Assembly: GCF_056712565.1 (NCBI RefSeq) | Contig: NZ_CM160072.1 | DNA length: 64,000 nucleotides | Reading direction: 5' to 3' (one strand) | In this document: one piece after another, positions 13,775-24,408 of the stretch | Numbering within the stretch: the first letter of the stretch is position 1 | How the letters are laid out: every line of letters begins with the position of its first letter | The notes under the pieces: model-generated | The model's database searches: none | Told to the model about the DNA's origin: nothing | The model's input: only the letters and a program-made list of their open reading frames with translations | Position numbers and translations under genes: made by a program

Positions 13775-14692
13775 TTATTGTTCATAACGAAAGCGGAATT
13801 TTTCTTGTTCAGCAGCGGCTTTCGCCAGGATCCATTGGCGAAAGGCGGCTATTTTACCCAGTTCTGCCTGGCTGTCATGACAAACCAGATAAAAAGCGTT
13901 TTTACTGACCAGAACATCATTAAACGGGCAAACAAGACGTCCGGCCTCGATTTCAGATTGCGCCATCACGTTATTTGCCAGCGCCACTCCCTGCCCGTGG
14001 ATAGCCGCTTGCAGCACCATGGCGCTATGGCTAAAAATTGGCCCTTGCTGAACGTTGATATGATTTAACCCCAACTGTCGGGTATATGTCTGCCAGTCAC
14101 GGCGTGATGCATCATGTAATAACGTATGTTTAGCCAGATCTTCCGGGGTCTTCAAGGGTTTTTCGCCAGTCAGCAGTAGCGGCGAGCACACCGGCAATAA
14201 ATATTCGGCGTACAGTTTTTCCACCCGTAGCCCCGGCCAGTTGCCCCGACCATAAAATATCGCCACATCAACATCATCCGCCAGCTTATCTTCCTGACGA
14301 TCAACCGCCTGGATTCGAACGTCAATTCCCGGATAAGCTGAATTAAAGCTGGAAAGTCGCGGAACCAACCAATGAATCGCGAAACTGGGGAGTAAACTGA
14401 CCGTCAACGCCCCCTTAGCGCTACGGGCCTGGAGTTTACGCGTCGCTTCGGTTAATTGCGAAAATATCTCTTTGATATCGAGGAAATAGCTTTGCCCTTC
14501 CTCGGTCAGCAGGAGTGAACGATTACGGCGGCGGAACAGTTTTAGCCCCAGAAAATCCTCAAGAGACTTGATTTGATGACTTACTGCGGCCTGGGTCACA
14601 AAAAGCTCTTCTGCTGCGCGAGTGAAACTTAAATGGCGTGCTGCGGCATCAAAAACTCGTAAGGCATTTAGCGGTGGTAATCGTTTAGACAT
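13775..14692 (-). CDS. gcvA: LysR-family regulator of the glycine cleavage system
   Basis: 305-aa ORF MSKRLPPLNALRVFDAAARHLSFTRAAEEL, LysR HTH. Confidence 0.95.
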   Translation of the reverse strand: MSKRLPPLNALRVFDAAARHLSFTRAAEELFVTQAAVSHQIKSLEDFLGLKLFRRRNRSLLLTEEGQSYFLDIKEIFSQLTEATRKLQARSAKGALTVSLLPSFAIHWLVPRLSSFNSAYPGIDVRIQAVDRQEDKLADDVDVAIFYGRGNWPGLRVEKLYAEYLLPVCSPLLLTGEKPLKTPEDLAKHTLLHDASRRDWQTYTRQLGLNHINVQQGPIFSHSAMVLQAAIHGQGVALANNVMAQSEIEAGRLVCPFNDVLVSKNAFYLVCHDSQAELGKIAAFRQWILAKAAAEQEKFRFRYEQ

Positions 14693-14820
14693 GGCTTTTA
14701 AACTTTGATGTTAAATGAATTTAACAATTAGATCACACTGTGTAACCTATTAGTTTTTTTAATCTGAGCCATTATAAATTGTCCGTTGAGCTTCTACCAG
14801 CAAATACCTATAGTGGCGGC

Positions 14821-15026
14821 ACTTCCTGAGCCGGAACGAAAAGTTTTATCGGAATGCGTGTTCTGGTGAACTTTTGGCTTACGGTTGTGATGTTGTGTTG
14901 TTGTGTTTGCAATTGGTCTGCGATTCAGACCATGGTAGCAAAGCTACCTTTTTTCACTTCCTGTACATTTACCCTGTCTGTCCATAGTGATTAATGTAGC
15001 ACCGCCTAATTGCGGTGCTTTTTTTT
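14821..15026 (+). ncRNA. gcvB: GcvB small regulatory RNA
   Basis: sequence ACTTCCTGAGCCGGAACGAAAAG...GTTGTGATGTTGTGTTGTTGTGTTTGC...CACCGCCTAATTGCGGTGCTTTTTTT matches the known GcvB RNA, including the GU-rich region and terminal Rho-independent hairpin, divergent from gcvA. Confidence 0.9.
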
Positions 15027-15042
15027 ACCTTGCGATCGCGAA

Positions 15043-15270
15043 TTACTGATCCAGTTCGACCATCTCTTTCACGTCAGTACGGTTGATCTGCTGTTTGTTG
15101 CCATTAGCGTCTTTATACGAAATCATACCGGTATCGTTATCAGTCTGTGGTTTGCCGTCAGAGACGATGGTACGTCCGTCATTGGTGTGCATCACATAGT
15201 TCGAACCGGAACAGGCGCTCAGGGCAAAAGTCAGCATACAGGCAGAAATAATTGCGGCAGTCTTTTTCAT
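15043..15270 (-). CDS. ygdI: DUF903 lipoprotein YgdI
   Basis: 75-aa [25 protein letters not shown] with lipobox LSAC. Confidence 0.85.
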   Translation of the reverse strand: MKKTAAIISACMLTFALSACSGSNYVMHTNDGRTIVSDGKPQTDNDTGMISYKDANGNKQQINRTDVKEMVELDQ

Positions 15271-15461
15271 CATCTTCTCCTTAAAGCGATTAATAAATCT
15301 TAATAGTATTGATTAACAGGCTAAAATTAACGCCTAACACTATTCAGCATATGTTACTGACGCGGCTTCGCCAGGATATCCAGATAATTCTGATGGTTAG
15401 CACTCTCCTTGTATCAAAGTGAATTTTGCGTCACGATCGGTGCATCAAGCCGAGGAGTACC

Positions 15462-16667
15462 ATGAACGTTTTTAATCCCGCGCAGTTTCGCGCCCAGTTT
15501 CCCGCGCTACAGGATGCGGGCGTCTATCTCGACAGCGCCGCGACCGCGCTTAAACCTGAAGCCGTGGTTGAAGCTACCCGACAGTTTTATAGCCTGAGCG
15601 CCGGAAACGTCCATCGCAGCCAGTTTGCCGAAGCCCAACGCCTGACCGCGCGTTACGAAGCTGCGCGGGAAAAAGTGGCACAATTACTGAATGCATCGGA
15701 TGACAAAAATATCGTCTGGACGCGCGGCACCACTGAATCCATCAACATGGTGGCGCAATGCTATGCCCGTCCGCGTCTGCAACCGGGCGATGAAATTATT
15801 GTCAGTGTGGCAGAACACCACGCCAACCTCGTCCCCTGGCTGATGGTCGCCCAACAAACGGGGGCCAAAGTGGTGAAATTGCCGCTTAATGCGCAGCGAC
15901 TGCCGGATGTCGATTTGTTGCCAGAACTGATTACTCCCCGTAGTCGGATTCTGGCGTTGGGCCAGATGTCGAACGTCACTGGCGGTTGCCCGGATCTGGC
16001 GAGAGCGATTACTTTTGCTCATTCAGCCGGGATAGTGGTGATGGTTGATGGTGCTCAGGGGGCGGTGCATTTCCCCGCGGATGTTCAGCAACTGGATATT
16101 GATTTCTATGCTTTTTCAGGTCACAAACTGTATGGTCCGACAGGCATCGGCGTGCTGTATGGCAAACCAGAACTGCTGGAAGCGATGTCGCCCTGGCTGG
16201 GCGGCGGCAAAATGGTTCACGAAGTGAGTTTTGACGACTTCACGACTCAATCTGCGCCGTGGAAACTGGAAGCAGGAACGCCAAATGTCGCTGGCGTCAT
16301 AGGATTAAGCGCGGCGCTGGAATGGCTGACAGATTACGATATCAACCAGGCCGAAAGCTGGAGCCGTAGCTTAGCAACGCTTGCAGAAGAAGCGCTGGCG
16401 AAACGTCCAGGCTTTCGTTCATTCCGCTGCCAGGATTCCAGCCTGCTGGCCTTTGATTTTGCGGGTGTTCATCACAGCGATATGGTGACACTGCTGGCGG
16501 AGTACGGTATTGCCCTGCGCGCCGGGCAGCATTGCGCTCAGCCGCTACTGGCAGAATTAGGCGTAACCGGCACACTGCGCGCCTCATTTGCGCCATATAA
16601 TACAAAGAGTGATGTGGATGCGCTGGTGAATGCCGTTGACCGCGCGCTGGAATTATTGGTGGATTAA
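15462..16667 (+). CDS. csdA: cysteine desulfurase / sulfinate desulfinase CsdA
   Basis: ORF 15426-16667; conserved start [16 protein letters not shown] at ATG 15462 gives 401 aa; class V aminotransferase. Confidence 0.9.
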   Translation: MNVFNPAQFRAQFPALQDAGVYLDSAATALKPEAVVEATRQFYSLSAGNVHRSQFAEAQRLTARYEAAREKVAQLLNASDDKNIVWTRGTTESINMVAQCYARPRLQPGDEIIVSVAEHHANLVPWLMVAQQTGAKVVKLPLNAQRLPDVDLLPELITPRSRILALGQMSNVTGGCPDLARAITFAHSAGIVVMVDGAQGAVHFPADVQQLDIDFYAFSGHKLYGPTGIGVLYGKPELLEAMSPWLGGGKMVHEVSFDDFTTQSAPWKLEAGTPNVAGVIGLSAALEWLTDYDINQAESWSRSLATLAEEALAKRPGFRSFRCQDSSLLAFDFAGVHHSDMVTLLAEYGIALRAGQHCAQPLLAELGVTGTLRASFAPYNTKSDVDALVNAVDRALELLVD

Positions 16668-17110
16668 TGACAAACCCGCAATTCGCCGGACATCCGTTCG
16701 GCACAACCGTAACCGCAGAAACGTTACGCAATACCTTCGCACCGTTGACGCAATGGGAAGATAAATATCGCCAGTTGATCATGCTGGGAAAACAGCTTCC
16801 GGCTTTGCCAGAGGAGTTAAAAGCGCAGGCTAAAGAGATTGCCGGATGCGAAAACCGCGTCTGGCTGGGATATACCGTGGCTGAAAACGGCAAGATGCAT
16901 TTCTTTGGCGACAGCGAAGGGCGCATTGTGCGCGGCCTGTTGGCGGTGTTGTTGACTGCCGTTGAGGGGAAAACCGCCGCCGAATTGCAGGCACAGTCGC
17001 CGCTGGCATTGTTTGATGAGCTGGGATTACGTGCGCAACTTAGCGCCTCACGCAGCCAGGGGTTGAATGCGTTAAGCGAGGCGATTATCGCTGCGGCGAA
17101 GCAGGTTTAA
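16667..17110 (+). CDS. csdE: sulfur acceptor protein CsdE
   Basis: 147-aa SufE-like ORF; its start overlaps the csdA stop (ATGA). Confidence 0.9.
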   Translation: MTNPQFAGHPFGTTVTAETLRNTFAPLTQWEDKYRQLIMLGKQLPALPEELKAQAKEIAGCENRVWLGYTVAENGKMHFFGDSEGRIVRGLLAVLLTAVEGKTAAELQAQSPLALFDELGLRAQLSASRSQGLNALSEAIIAAAKQV

Positions 17111-17120
17111 GCACAGAACC

Positions 17121-17154
17121 AGGTCGGATAAGACGTTCGCGTCGCATCCGACCT
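17121..17154. repeat. REP-like palindrome between convergent csdE and tcdA
   Basis: aggtcggataagacgttcgcgtcgcatccgacct. Confidence 0.5.
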
Positions 17155-17160
17155 GATTGT

Positions 17161-17967
17161 TTACCCCTGACGCGCCGCTTTCGCCATCATCTTCTTCAGC
17201 GCATGAGAAACCGCAACAAAGCCAAAAGTGGCGGTCACCATCGTCGCCGCGCCAAATCCTGAGGCACAATCCATCCGCTTTGGCCCTTCCGCCGTGGCTT
17301 TCATCGCACAGACGGTGCCGTCTGACTGCGGGTACACCAGCGCTTCGGTAGAGAACACGCAATCCACGCCGAGCTTACCTTTACTGTTTTTCACTACGCC
17401 AAAATCGCTTTTCAGGCGCTCGCGCAACTTCGCCGCCAACGGGTCCTGAATCGTTTTCGCCAGATCGGTAACCTGAATCTGCGTCGGGTCAATCTGCCCA
17501 CCCGCGCCACCGGTCGTGACCAGCGGGATTTTATTGCGCCGACAATAAGCAATCAGCGCCGCTTTGGGCCGTACACTATCAATAGCATCAATCACGTACG
17601 AATAACCGGCATTCATATATTGCGCTACGTTATCCGGCGTCACGAAGTCATCCACCACCGTTACACGGCACTCCGGGTTAATCTGGCGAATACGCTCCGC
17701 CATGACTTCCGCTTTTGCCAGCCCGACGTTATCGCGCAGAGCGTGAATTTGCCGATTGGTATTGGTGACGCACACATCATCCATATCGATAAGCGTGATT
17801 GCGCCAATCCCCGTGCGCGCTAGCGCTTCCGCCGCCCAGGAACCGACACCACCGATACCAACCACACAAATATGCGCGTCAGCAAACAGTTGCAATGCTT
17901 TTTCACCATACAGTCGCGCTGTGCCACCAAAACGCTGACGCCATGCATCACTAATTACCACAGACAT
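17161..17967 (-). CDS. tcdA: tRNA threonylcarbamoyladenosine dehydratase (CsdL/TcdA)
   Basis: 268-aa ORF with ThiF/MoeB-like fold GIGGVGSWAAEALARTG. Confidence 0.9.
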   Translation of the reverse strand: MSVVISDAWRQRFGGTARLYGEKALQLFADAHICVVGIGGVGSWAAEALARTGIGAITLIDMDDVCVTNTNRQIHALRDNVGLAKAEVMAERIRQINPECRVTVVDDFVTPDNVAQYMNAGYSYVIDAIDSVRPKAALIAYCRRNKIPLVTTGGAGGQIDPTQIQVTDLAKTIQDPLAAKLRERLKSDFGVVKNSKGKLGVDCVFSTEALVYPQSDGTVCAMKATAEGPKRMDCASGFGAATMVTATFGFVAVSHALKKMMAKAARQG

Positions 17968-18043
17968 AGCACCTCAGAATTAAAAAGGGTGAGGTTACCC
18001 CTCACCCTGTCATATCCGTAAAAACGGCATACAGAATATCACA

Positions 18044-19141
18044 TCAGCCGCTAAAGACGTTACCTGCGCCCGGGGCGGTTTTCAGCACCCAGACACGTCC
18101 ATAGTGGTTGTACCAACCTGCGCGGTGTCCGGCTTCCGGCCCGATCCCTTGATAGATATCGAAGTGTTGGCCTTTGATTGCGCCACCGACATCCAGCGCC
18201 ACCATCAGACGCAATTCGTACTGACCGTTAAATTTGCCGTTATTATCCAGCAGCGGCACTTCTGCCAGCAAGGTAGTACCTGGCGGAATAATTGAACGAT
18301 CGGAGGCAACAGAAGCACGGCCAACCAGCGGCACCGCACTTGCCCCTTTCACCGGTGCAAAAGATTGCGGTTTAAAGAAGACGAAAGACGGGTTCTGTTC
18401 CAGCAGCTCGCGAACCTCAGCTTCACTGTGTGTTTCGCCCCAGTGACGAATCGCCTGCATCGACATATCTTCTTTTTTCACTTCGCCACGGTCGATCAAC
18501 ACCTTACCAATGCTGCGATAGGCATGACCGTTTTTCCCTGCATAGCTGAAAAAGTTAAGCGGACTGCCATCACCAAAGTCGATATACCCGCTACCCTGCA
18601 CATCCATAATGAAGTTATCCATCAGGGAGTTACTGTAAGCGAGAATATATTTATCACTCAGCGCTCCTGCGTAGATCTCCGCACGAGACGGCAGACGACC
18701 ACGTTTTGGCGGCATACGGTAAATCGGATACTGGAACTCGCCCTGACGGGTATGGCGCGCCTGAATTACCGGCGTGTAATAGCCTGTAAACTGCACGTTA
18801 CCATAGTTGTCGACACCTTCCATCTGCCAGGCATCAATGCCGAACTGGCGCATATTGCGGGTATCACCGCCTGCGCGCAGCCACTCTTGCACCGCGTTAT
18901 AAACATTACTCTGGTTGCCATACAGACGCGGTGACGAATTACGGATATGGTTAATTTGCTCGGCAAAATCACCGGCATTAATCGGCGCGCCAACGGCATC
19001 TGGCTGGTTCACCAGAGAGAAAGGCTGGGTAAATTTCCCGTCTTTATATTGCTGTCCGCGATCGGTTGGTTTGGAAGAGCAGGCGGCAAGCATTGCCACA
19101 ACCGTGCCCATAAGAAGGTACTTTACCCAACGTCCTTTCAT
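18044..19141 (-). CDS. mltA: membrane-bound lytic murein transglycosylase A
   Basis: ORF 18044-19423 runs artefactually through the tRNA genes; the true start MKGRWVKYLLMGTVVAMLAACSS (lipobox) is at 19141, giving 365 aa. Confidence 0.9.
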   Translation of the reverse strand: MKGRWVKYLLMGTVVAMLAACSSKPTDRGQQYKDGKFTQPFSLVNQPDAVGAPINAGDFAEQINHIRNSSPRLYGNQSNVYNAVQEWLRAGGDTRNMRQFGIDAWQMEGVDNYGNVQFTGYYTPVIQARHTRQGEFQYPIYRMPPKRGRLPSRAEIYAGALSDKYILAYSNSLMDNFIMDVQGSGYIDFGDGSPLNFFSYAGKNGHAYRSIGKVLIDRGEVKKEDMSMQAIRHWGETHSEAEVRELLEQNPSFVFFKPQSFAPVKGASAVPLVGRASVASDRSIIPPGTTLLAEVPLLDNNGKFNGQYELRLMVALDVGGAIKGQHFDIYQGIGPEAGHRAGWYNHYGRVWVLKTAPGAGNVFSG

Positions 19142-19349
19142 TGTTCTCTTCTTCAGGTTAAAAAATAAGGCGCAACGAAGATAACAAACCACCGCGTTTA
19201 ATGAAATGAGCAGCCTCTCCCTGACGCAAATTTTGCACAAAAAATAGGCTTTAGTGATTTGTTTTTGTTCAAAATCATGCCGAATCCGTGATCGGGGTAA
19301 AAAAAAGGTTGCATGAAAACGCGAGCAGAGTATAGTGCGCATCCACGGA

Positions 19350-19426
<77 letters not shown>

Positions 19427-19459
19427 ATTAAAATTTGATGAAGTAAAGCAGTACGGTGA

Positions 19460-19536
<77 letters not shown>

Positions 19537-19569
19537 ATCAAAATTTGATGAAATAAAGCAGTACGGTGA

Positions 19570-19632
<63 letters not shown>

Positions 19633-19646
<14 letters not shown>

Positions 19647-19673
19647 ATTTATTAGAATGCTGACAAACCGCAA
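19633..19673 (+). repeat. left 41-bp direct repeat (tRNA 3' end plus downstream), att-like
   Basis: ggcccccgcaaccaatttattagaatgctgacaaaccgcaa, repeated at 50235-50275. Confidence 0.85.
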
Positions 19674-19697
19674 AGCTGCTATTGGCTTGCGGTTTTT
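19661..19697 (+). terminator. Rho-independent terminator after the tRNA operon
   Basis: aaaccgcaaagctgctattggcttgcggtttttt hairpin plus T-run. Confidence 0.6.
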
Positions 19698-20281
19698 TCG
19701 TTTTTACGCTTCCTTACCCGTTTCAGTGAAGCCTGAGACAATGAGTAAACCGTTAATATCCCTCCATCAAAGCCATCCATCTTATTTATATATTAAACAT
19801 ATACCCCATTAATGAATTTCATTTATATATTCTATAAATCAATTTATTTTGGTTATGTTAACATTTCAATATCACAACAGGGCGCTACGCTTATATAATC
19901 ATTGTACAAAAAGCACACAACTTTTTAATTAGTAGAAAAATTAATAATTTTTTGTGAAAGCCCGGACAATAAGTTTAATGAATATCTTAATAGACTCTCA
20001 TACTACCCAATTTCTTAAAAGTGCAAATTTGTGAAGCTTATCCTGTTATTATTTTAAGTTTCATGCCAAATTCTCTCACCAGATAATGCCGCCCTCTTCC
20101 GAAAAATAATCAAGAGGCCAAACAATATCTAAAATGATACAACTGTATCTATTCCCCTGAAAAATACATTATTCATTTGTATATTTTCCTCATCATTGCT
20201 TTTTATTTAAATCATCCGATAATCCCCTGAATATAATTATGTCAATAACCATCAGAAAAAGTGGATGATGAGGAAAAGGAT

Positions 20282-20782
20282 ATGGCTGACAGTTTCCAGA
20301 ATGAAGTTCCCACCGCTCGTGTAAATATCAAGCTTGATCTGCATACAGGCAATGCTAAAAAGAAAGTTGAACTCCCCCTCAAGCTTCTTGCCGTAGGCGA
20401 TTACAGTAACGGAAAAGAGCAACGTCCGCTGTCCGAACGGGACAAGGTTGATATCAATAAAAACAACTTCAACAGCGTCATGGCTGAGTTTTCGCCTGCG
20501 GTTAATTTAACAGTAGAAGATACGCTAAACGGAAACGGTAATGAACAAAATATCGCGCTTGAATTTAAAAGCCTGAAGGATTTTGAACCCGAACAGGTAG
20601 CAAAAAATATTCCGCAACTTCGTGTATTACTCGCTATGCGCAATTTACTACGTGACCTGAAATCCAATCTGCTGGATAACGCAACGTTTCGCCGTGAACT
20701 GGAAAATATTCTGAAAGACCCGACGCTCAGTTCAGAACTGCGTGATGAACTGGCGAAAATTGCGCCGCAGGAGAACGTTTAA
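20282..20782 (+). CDS. tssB: T6SS contractile sheath small subunit TssB
   Basis: MADSFQNEVPTARVNIKLDLHTGNAKKKVELPLKLLAVGDYS, typical TssB/VipA; ATG 20282 after a gaggaaaagga RBS. Confidence 0.9.
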   Translation: MADSFQNEVPTARVNIKLDLHTGNAKKKVELPLKLLAVGDYSNGKEQRPLSERDKVDINKNNFNSVMAEFSPAVNLTVEDTLNGNGNEQNIALEFKSLKDFEPEQVAKNIPQLRVLLAMRNLLRDLKSNLLDNATFRRELENILKDPTLSSELRDELAKIAPQENV

Positions 20783-20840
20783 CCCGAACACGTATTCAGG
20801 TTAAACCGGAGAAGAAAGGATCACTGAAAAGGAAATGCTG

Positions 20841-22379
20841 ATGTCTGTACAACAAGAACATTCCACCTCTGAAACTGCAACACTCACCACCACTGAGTCC
20901 GGCGGCGTTTATCAGTCCCTGTTCGATAAAATTAATTTAACCCCGGTCTCTTCCATTCAGGAAATAGATTTATGGCAAAACAGCGAAACGCTGGCTGATG
21001 CCTCACCCGATGAGCGCGTGACAGCAGCGATTCACGTTCTGCTTTCCTGTCTGGCGAAATCAGGCGAGGACGTGGTTAAGCTCGACAAGAGCCTGCTGGA
21101 TTTTCATATCGACGATCTGGATCAGAAAATCAGTAAACAGCTTGATGCGGTCATGCACCACCCTGAATTCCAGAAAGTCGAGTCGCTGTGGCGTGGTACA
21201 TGGTTCGTCGTACAGCGCACTGATTTTCGCAAAAATGTCAGAATTGAATTGCTGGATATCAGCAAAGAGCATCTGCGTCAGGATTTCGACGACTCCCCGG
21301 AAATCATTCAGAGCGGTTTATATCGTCATACATACATTCAGGAGTACGATACGCCGGGTGGCGAACCTGTTGCCTCATTAATTTCCAGCTATGAATTTGA
21401 TAACAGCCCGCAGGATATTGCCCTGCTGCGCAATATTTCCAGAGTGTCTGCCGCTTCCCATATGCCTTTTATCGGTTCCGTCGGACCGAAATTCTTCCTT
21501 AAAAATTCGATGGAAGAAGTCGCCGCGATTAAAGATATCGGCAACTACTTTGACCGCGCAGAATATATTAAATGGAAGTCGTTCCGCGATACGGATGACA
21601 GCCGCTATGTGGGATTAGTGATGCCGCGAGTGCTGGGCCGTCTGCCCTATGGGCCGGACACGGTGCCGGTACGCAGCTTTAACTATGTGGAAGAAGTCAA
21701 AGGCCCGGATCACGAAAAGTACCTGTGGACAAACGCCTCGTTCGCCTTTGCCGCCAATATGGTGAAGAGCTTTGTGAATAATGGCTGGTGTGTGCAGATC
21801 CGTGGTCCACAGGCAGGTGGCGCAGTAGCCGATCTGCCCATCCATCTTTACGATCTCGGCACCGGCAATCAGGTCAAAATTCCGTCCGAAGTGATGATCC
21901 CGGAAACCCGCGAATTTGAATTTGCCAACCTTGGCTTTATTCCGCTCTCTTATTATAAGAATCGCGATTACGCCTGCTTCTTCTCGGCAAACTCCGCCCA
22001 GAAACCGGCGTTGTATGATACCGCTGACGCCACCGCCAACAGCCGTATTAACGCCCGTCTGCCTTACATCTTCCTGCTGTCCCGCATTGCGCATTACCTG
22101 AAAATCATTCAGCGCGAGAATATCGGTACCACCAAAGACCGCCGCGTACTGGAACTGGAACTGAACACCTGGATCCGCACACTGGTGACGGAGATGACCG
22201 ATCCGGGTGATGAACTGCAGGCGTCTCACCCGCTGCGCGACGGCAAGGTTATCGTGGAAGATATTGAGGACAATCCGGGCTTCTTCCGCGTCAGACTCTT
22301 TGCCGTGCCGCATTTCCAGATTGAAGGGATGGATATCAACCTTTCTCTGGTTTCCCAGATGCCGAAAGCGAAAGCCTGA
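20841..22379 (+). CDS. tssC: T6SS contractile sheath large subunit TssC
   Basis: about 512 aa directly after tssB; start 20835 or 20841. Confidence 0.9.
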   Translation: MSVQQEHSTSETATLTTTESGGVYQSLFDKINLTPVSSIQEIDLWQNSETLADASPDERVTAAIHVLLSCLAKSGEDVVKLDKSLLDFHIDDLDQKISKQLDAVMHHPEFQKVESLWRGTWFVVQRTDFRKNVRIELLDISKEHLRQDFDDSPEIIQSGLYRHTYIQEYDTPGGEPVASLISSYEFDNSPQDIALLRNISRVSAASHMPFIGSVGPKFFLKNSMEEVAAIKDIGNYFDRAEYIKWKSFRDTDDSRYVGLVMPRVLGRLPYGPDTVPVRSFNYVEEVKGPDHEKYLWTNASFAFAANMVKSFVNNGWCVQIRGPQAGGAVADLPIHLYDLGTGNQVKIPSEVMIPETREFEFANLGFIPLSYYKNRDYACFFSANSAQKPALYDTADATANSRINARLPYIFLLSRIAHYLKIIQRENIGTTKDRRVLELELNTWIRTLVTEMTDPGDELQASHPLRDGKVIVEDIEDNPGFFRVRLFAVPHFQIEGMDINLSLVSQMPKAKA

Positions 22380-22396
22380 CCGGGCCGTGGTGTGAT

Positions 22397-23734
22397 ATGA
22401 AAATTCATCGACCACTGTGGGCTGAGGGGACATTCCTGTCCTCTCAGCAGTTTCAGCAGCAGGCCCGCTGGGAAGCGTTCAGCAATGACTGTATTGCGCA
22501 GCTTTGTATTCGCCATCCGTGGGGGATCGCAAACGTGCTCTTTGACCGGGATGCCCTGACGCCCGGAAAGCTGAAAACGCAGGCAGTACGCCTGCGTTTT
22601 GCTGATGGCACGCTGATCGATTCAGACGTGAGTGACGTTCTGCCGCTCGCCTGCGATCTGCGCGCGCTGAAGAACGACAGCGCGATTGTTTTGCTGGCGC
22701 TGCCGCTTGCACATGGTAACGGCGGTAATCTCGGTCAGGGTGAGCAGACTGAAAGACCGCTGCGCTATCGTCAGGAATGGCAAAAGGTGCAGGATATCTA
22801 CGGCAGTGACAGTGAAGATATGGCCGTTGAGCGTCATGCGCTGTCCCTGCGCTTTGCTCATGATAACAATCAGGATTACATCACCTGCCCACTGGCGCGT
22901 CTGGTGCGGGATGTTCAGGGCAACTGGACACAGGATGAGAGCTATATTCCGCCGTTACTGGCGTTTAACGCCCATGACGGGCTGGTACAGCGTCTGGACA
23001 CATTGCTGTTGCAGCTACGGGCGAAGTGCCAGCGTCTGATGGCGATGCGCCGGGAAAGCAACCAGCGTATGGCGGACTTTGCCGTCGCCGATGTCTCCCT
23101 GTTCTGGCTGCTTAACGCGCTGAATTCCGCCGAGCCGGTGCTGAGCGATTTCCTGCGCTACCCGGCTGTCCACCCCGAACTGGTCTGGCGGGAGCTGGCG
23201 AGGCTTGCCGGTGCGCTGCTGACGTTTTCCCTTGAGCATAACGTCAGCGCCGTTCCGCCCTATGTCCACGAATCGCCGTCCACCGTCTTTCCGCCCCTGT
23301 TCTCCCTGCTCAGCGAGCTGCTGGAAGCCAGCCTGCCGTCGCGGGTGATCGCGCTGGATCTGGCGTCCCTGCCGGGCAACCGCTGGAAAGCCGACCTGCA
23401 CGATCCGCGACTGCGGGAAGAGGCCGATTTTTATCTGTCCGTTCGTTCCTCACTGCCTGCGCATCAGGTACTGCATCAGCTACCGCTGGTCTGCAAAATC
23501 GGTGCGCCCGATGATGTCACGCTGCTTATCAACGTGGCGCTGAACGGTGTTCAACTGGTGCCGCTTACCTCGGTTCCGGCGGCGCTGCCGCTGCGGCTGG
23601 AGAACCAGTATTTTGCGCTGGATATGCACAGTGACGCGGCTAAATCGATGCTGGAGTCCGGGAGCTGCATGATTTATGCGCCGGGAACCATGGGCGACCT
23701 GAAACCTGAACTGTTTGCGGTGCTGCGCACATGA
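22397..23734 (+). CDS. tssK: T6SS baseplate protein TssK
   Basis: 445-aa ORF MKIHRPLWAEGTFLSSQQFQQQARWE, the characteristic TssK N-terminus. Confidence 0.85.
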   Translation: MKIHRPLWAEGTFLSSQQFQQQARWEAFSNDCIAQLCIRHPWGIANVLFDRDALTPGKLKTQAVRLRFADGTLIDSDVSDVLPLACDLRALKNDSAIVLLALPLAHGNGGNLGQGEQTERPLRYRQEWQKVQDIYGSDSEDMAVERHALSLRFAHDNNQDYITCPLARLVRDVQGNWTQDESYIPPLLAFNAHDGLVQRLDTLLLQLRAKCQRLMAMRRESNQRMADFAVADVSLFWLLNALNSAEPVLSDFLRYPAVHPELVWRELARLAGALLTFSLEHNVSAVPPYVHESPSTVFPPLFSLLSELLEASLPSRVIALDLASLPGNRWKADLHDPRLREEADFYLSVRSSLPAHQVLHQLPLVCKIGAPDDVTLLINVALNGVQLVPLTSVPAALPLRLENQYFALDMHSDAAKSMLESGSCMIYAPGTMGDLKPELFAVLRT

Positions 23735-24396
23735 AAAAAGATATGGATATCAATATCGATGCGCTGCTGCGCGACACGTTTCTGACGGTGGTGGAACTGC
23801 GTCAGGGAACCACCGTGCGTCACGGTATCGAGCTGTATCGCCACTGTCAGCGGCAGGTGGAACTGGTCCGCGAACGTCTGAAAGATGCCGGATTCAGTCG
23901 GGAGAACGTGGAGCACATAACTTACGCGCAGTGCGCCCTGCTGGACGAAACGGTGCTCAGCCGTAGTGGCATGGACGACGGTCAGGCCATCTGGATGAAA
24001 AACCCACTCCAGTCGCATTTCTTCAACACCCTGCAGGCCGGTGAGCTGCTGTACGAGCGGATGAAGCAGGTGCTACAGGAACCCGCCCCCGCGCAGGCCG
24101 TGCTGACCTGCTTTCACCGTGTCCTGCTGCTGGGATTTCGCGGGCGTTATCAGGATCCGGCAGCCCCGGAGCGCGACCAGCTTATTTCGACGCTCAACGG
24201 GCAGGTCGCGCCATTTGGTGTGCTGCCGGAAACGGCGGTACTGAACGTGCCGTTATCCACCCGTCAGCACCCTTTGCTGCATTCGCCATTTTTCTGGCTG
24301 GTAACACTGGCGCTGCTACTGGCGGGCGTCTGGTGGGGGCTACACCACTGGCTGAATGTACTGGTGGATGAACTGCTGCCGCAAAGCCTGCGTTAA
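23731..24396 (+). CDS. tssL: T6SS membrane-complex protein TssL (DotU family)
   Basis: 221 aa with a single C-terminal TM (FFWLVTLALLLAGVWWGL); overlaps the tssK stop. Confidence 0.85.
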   Translation: MKKDMDINIDALLRDTFLTVVELRQGTTVRHGIELYRHCQRQVELVRERLKDAGFSRENVEHITYAQCALLDETVLSRSGMDDGQAIWMKNPLQSHFFNTLQAGELLYERMKQVLQEPAPAQAVLTCFHRVLLLGFRGRYQDPAAPERDQLISTLNGQVAPFGVLPETAVLNVPLSTRQHPLLHSPFFWLVTLALLLAGVWWGLHHWLNVLVDELLPQSLR

Positions 24397-24408
24397 AGGG
24401 AGTCGTGA

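Noticed and set aside
15010-15303. 97-aa plus-strand ORF overlapping ygdI
   Set aside because: Antisense to the YgdI lipoprotein gene and partly overlapping the gcvB terminator; no support.
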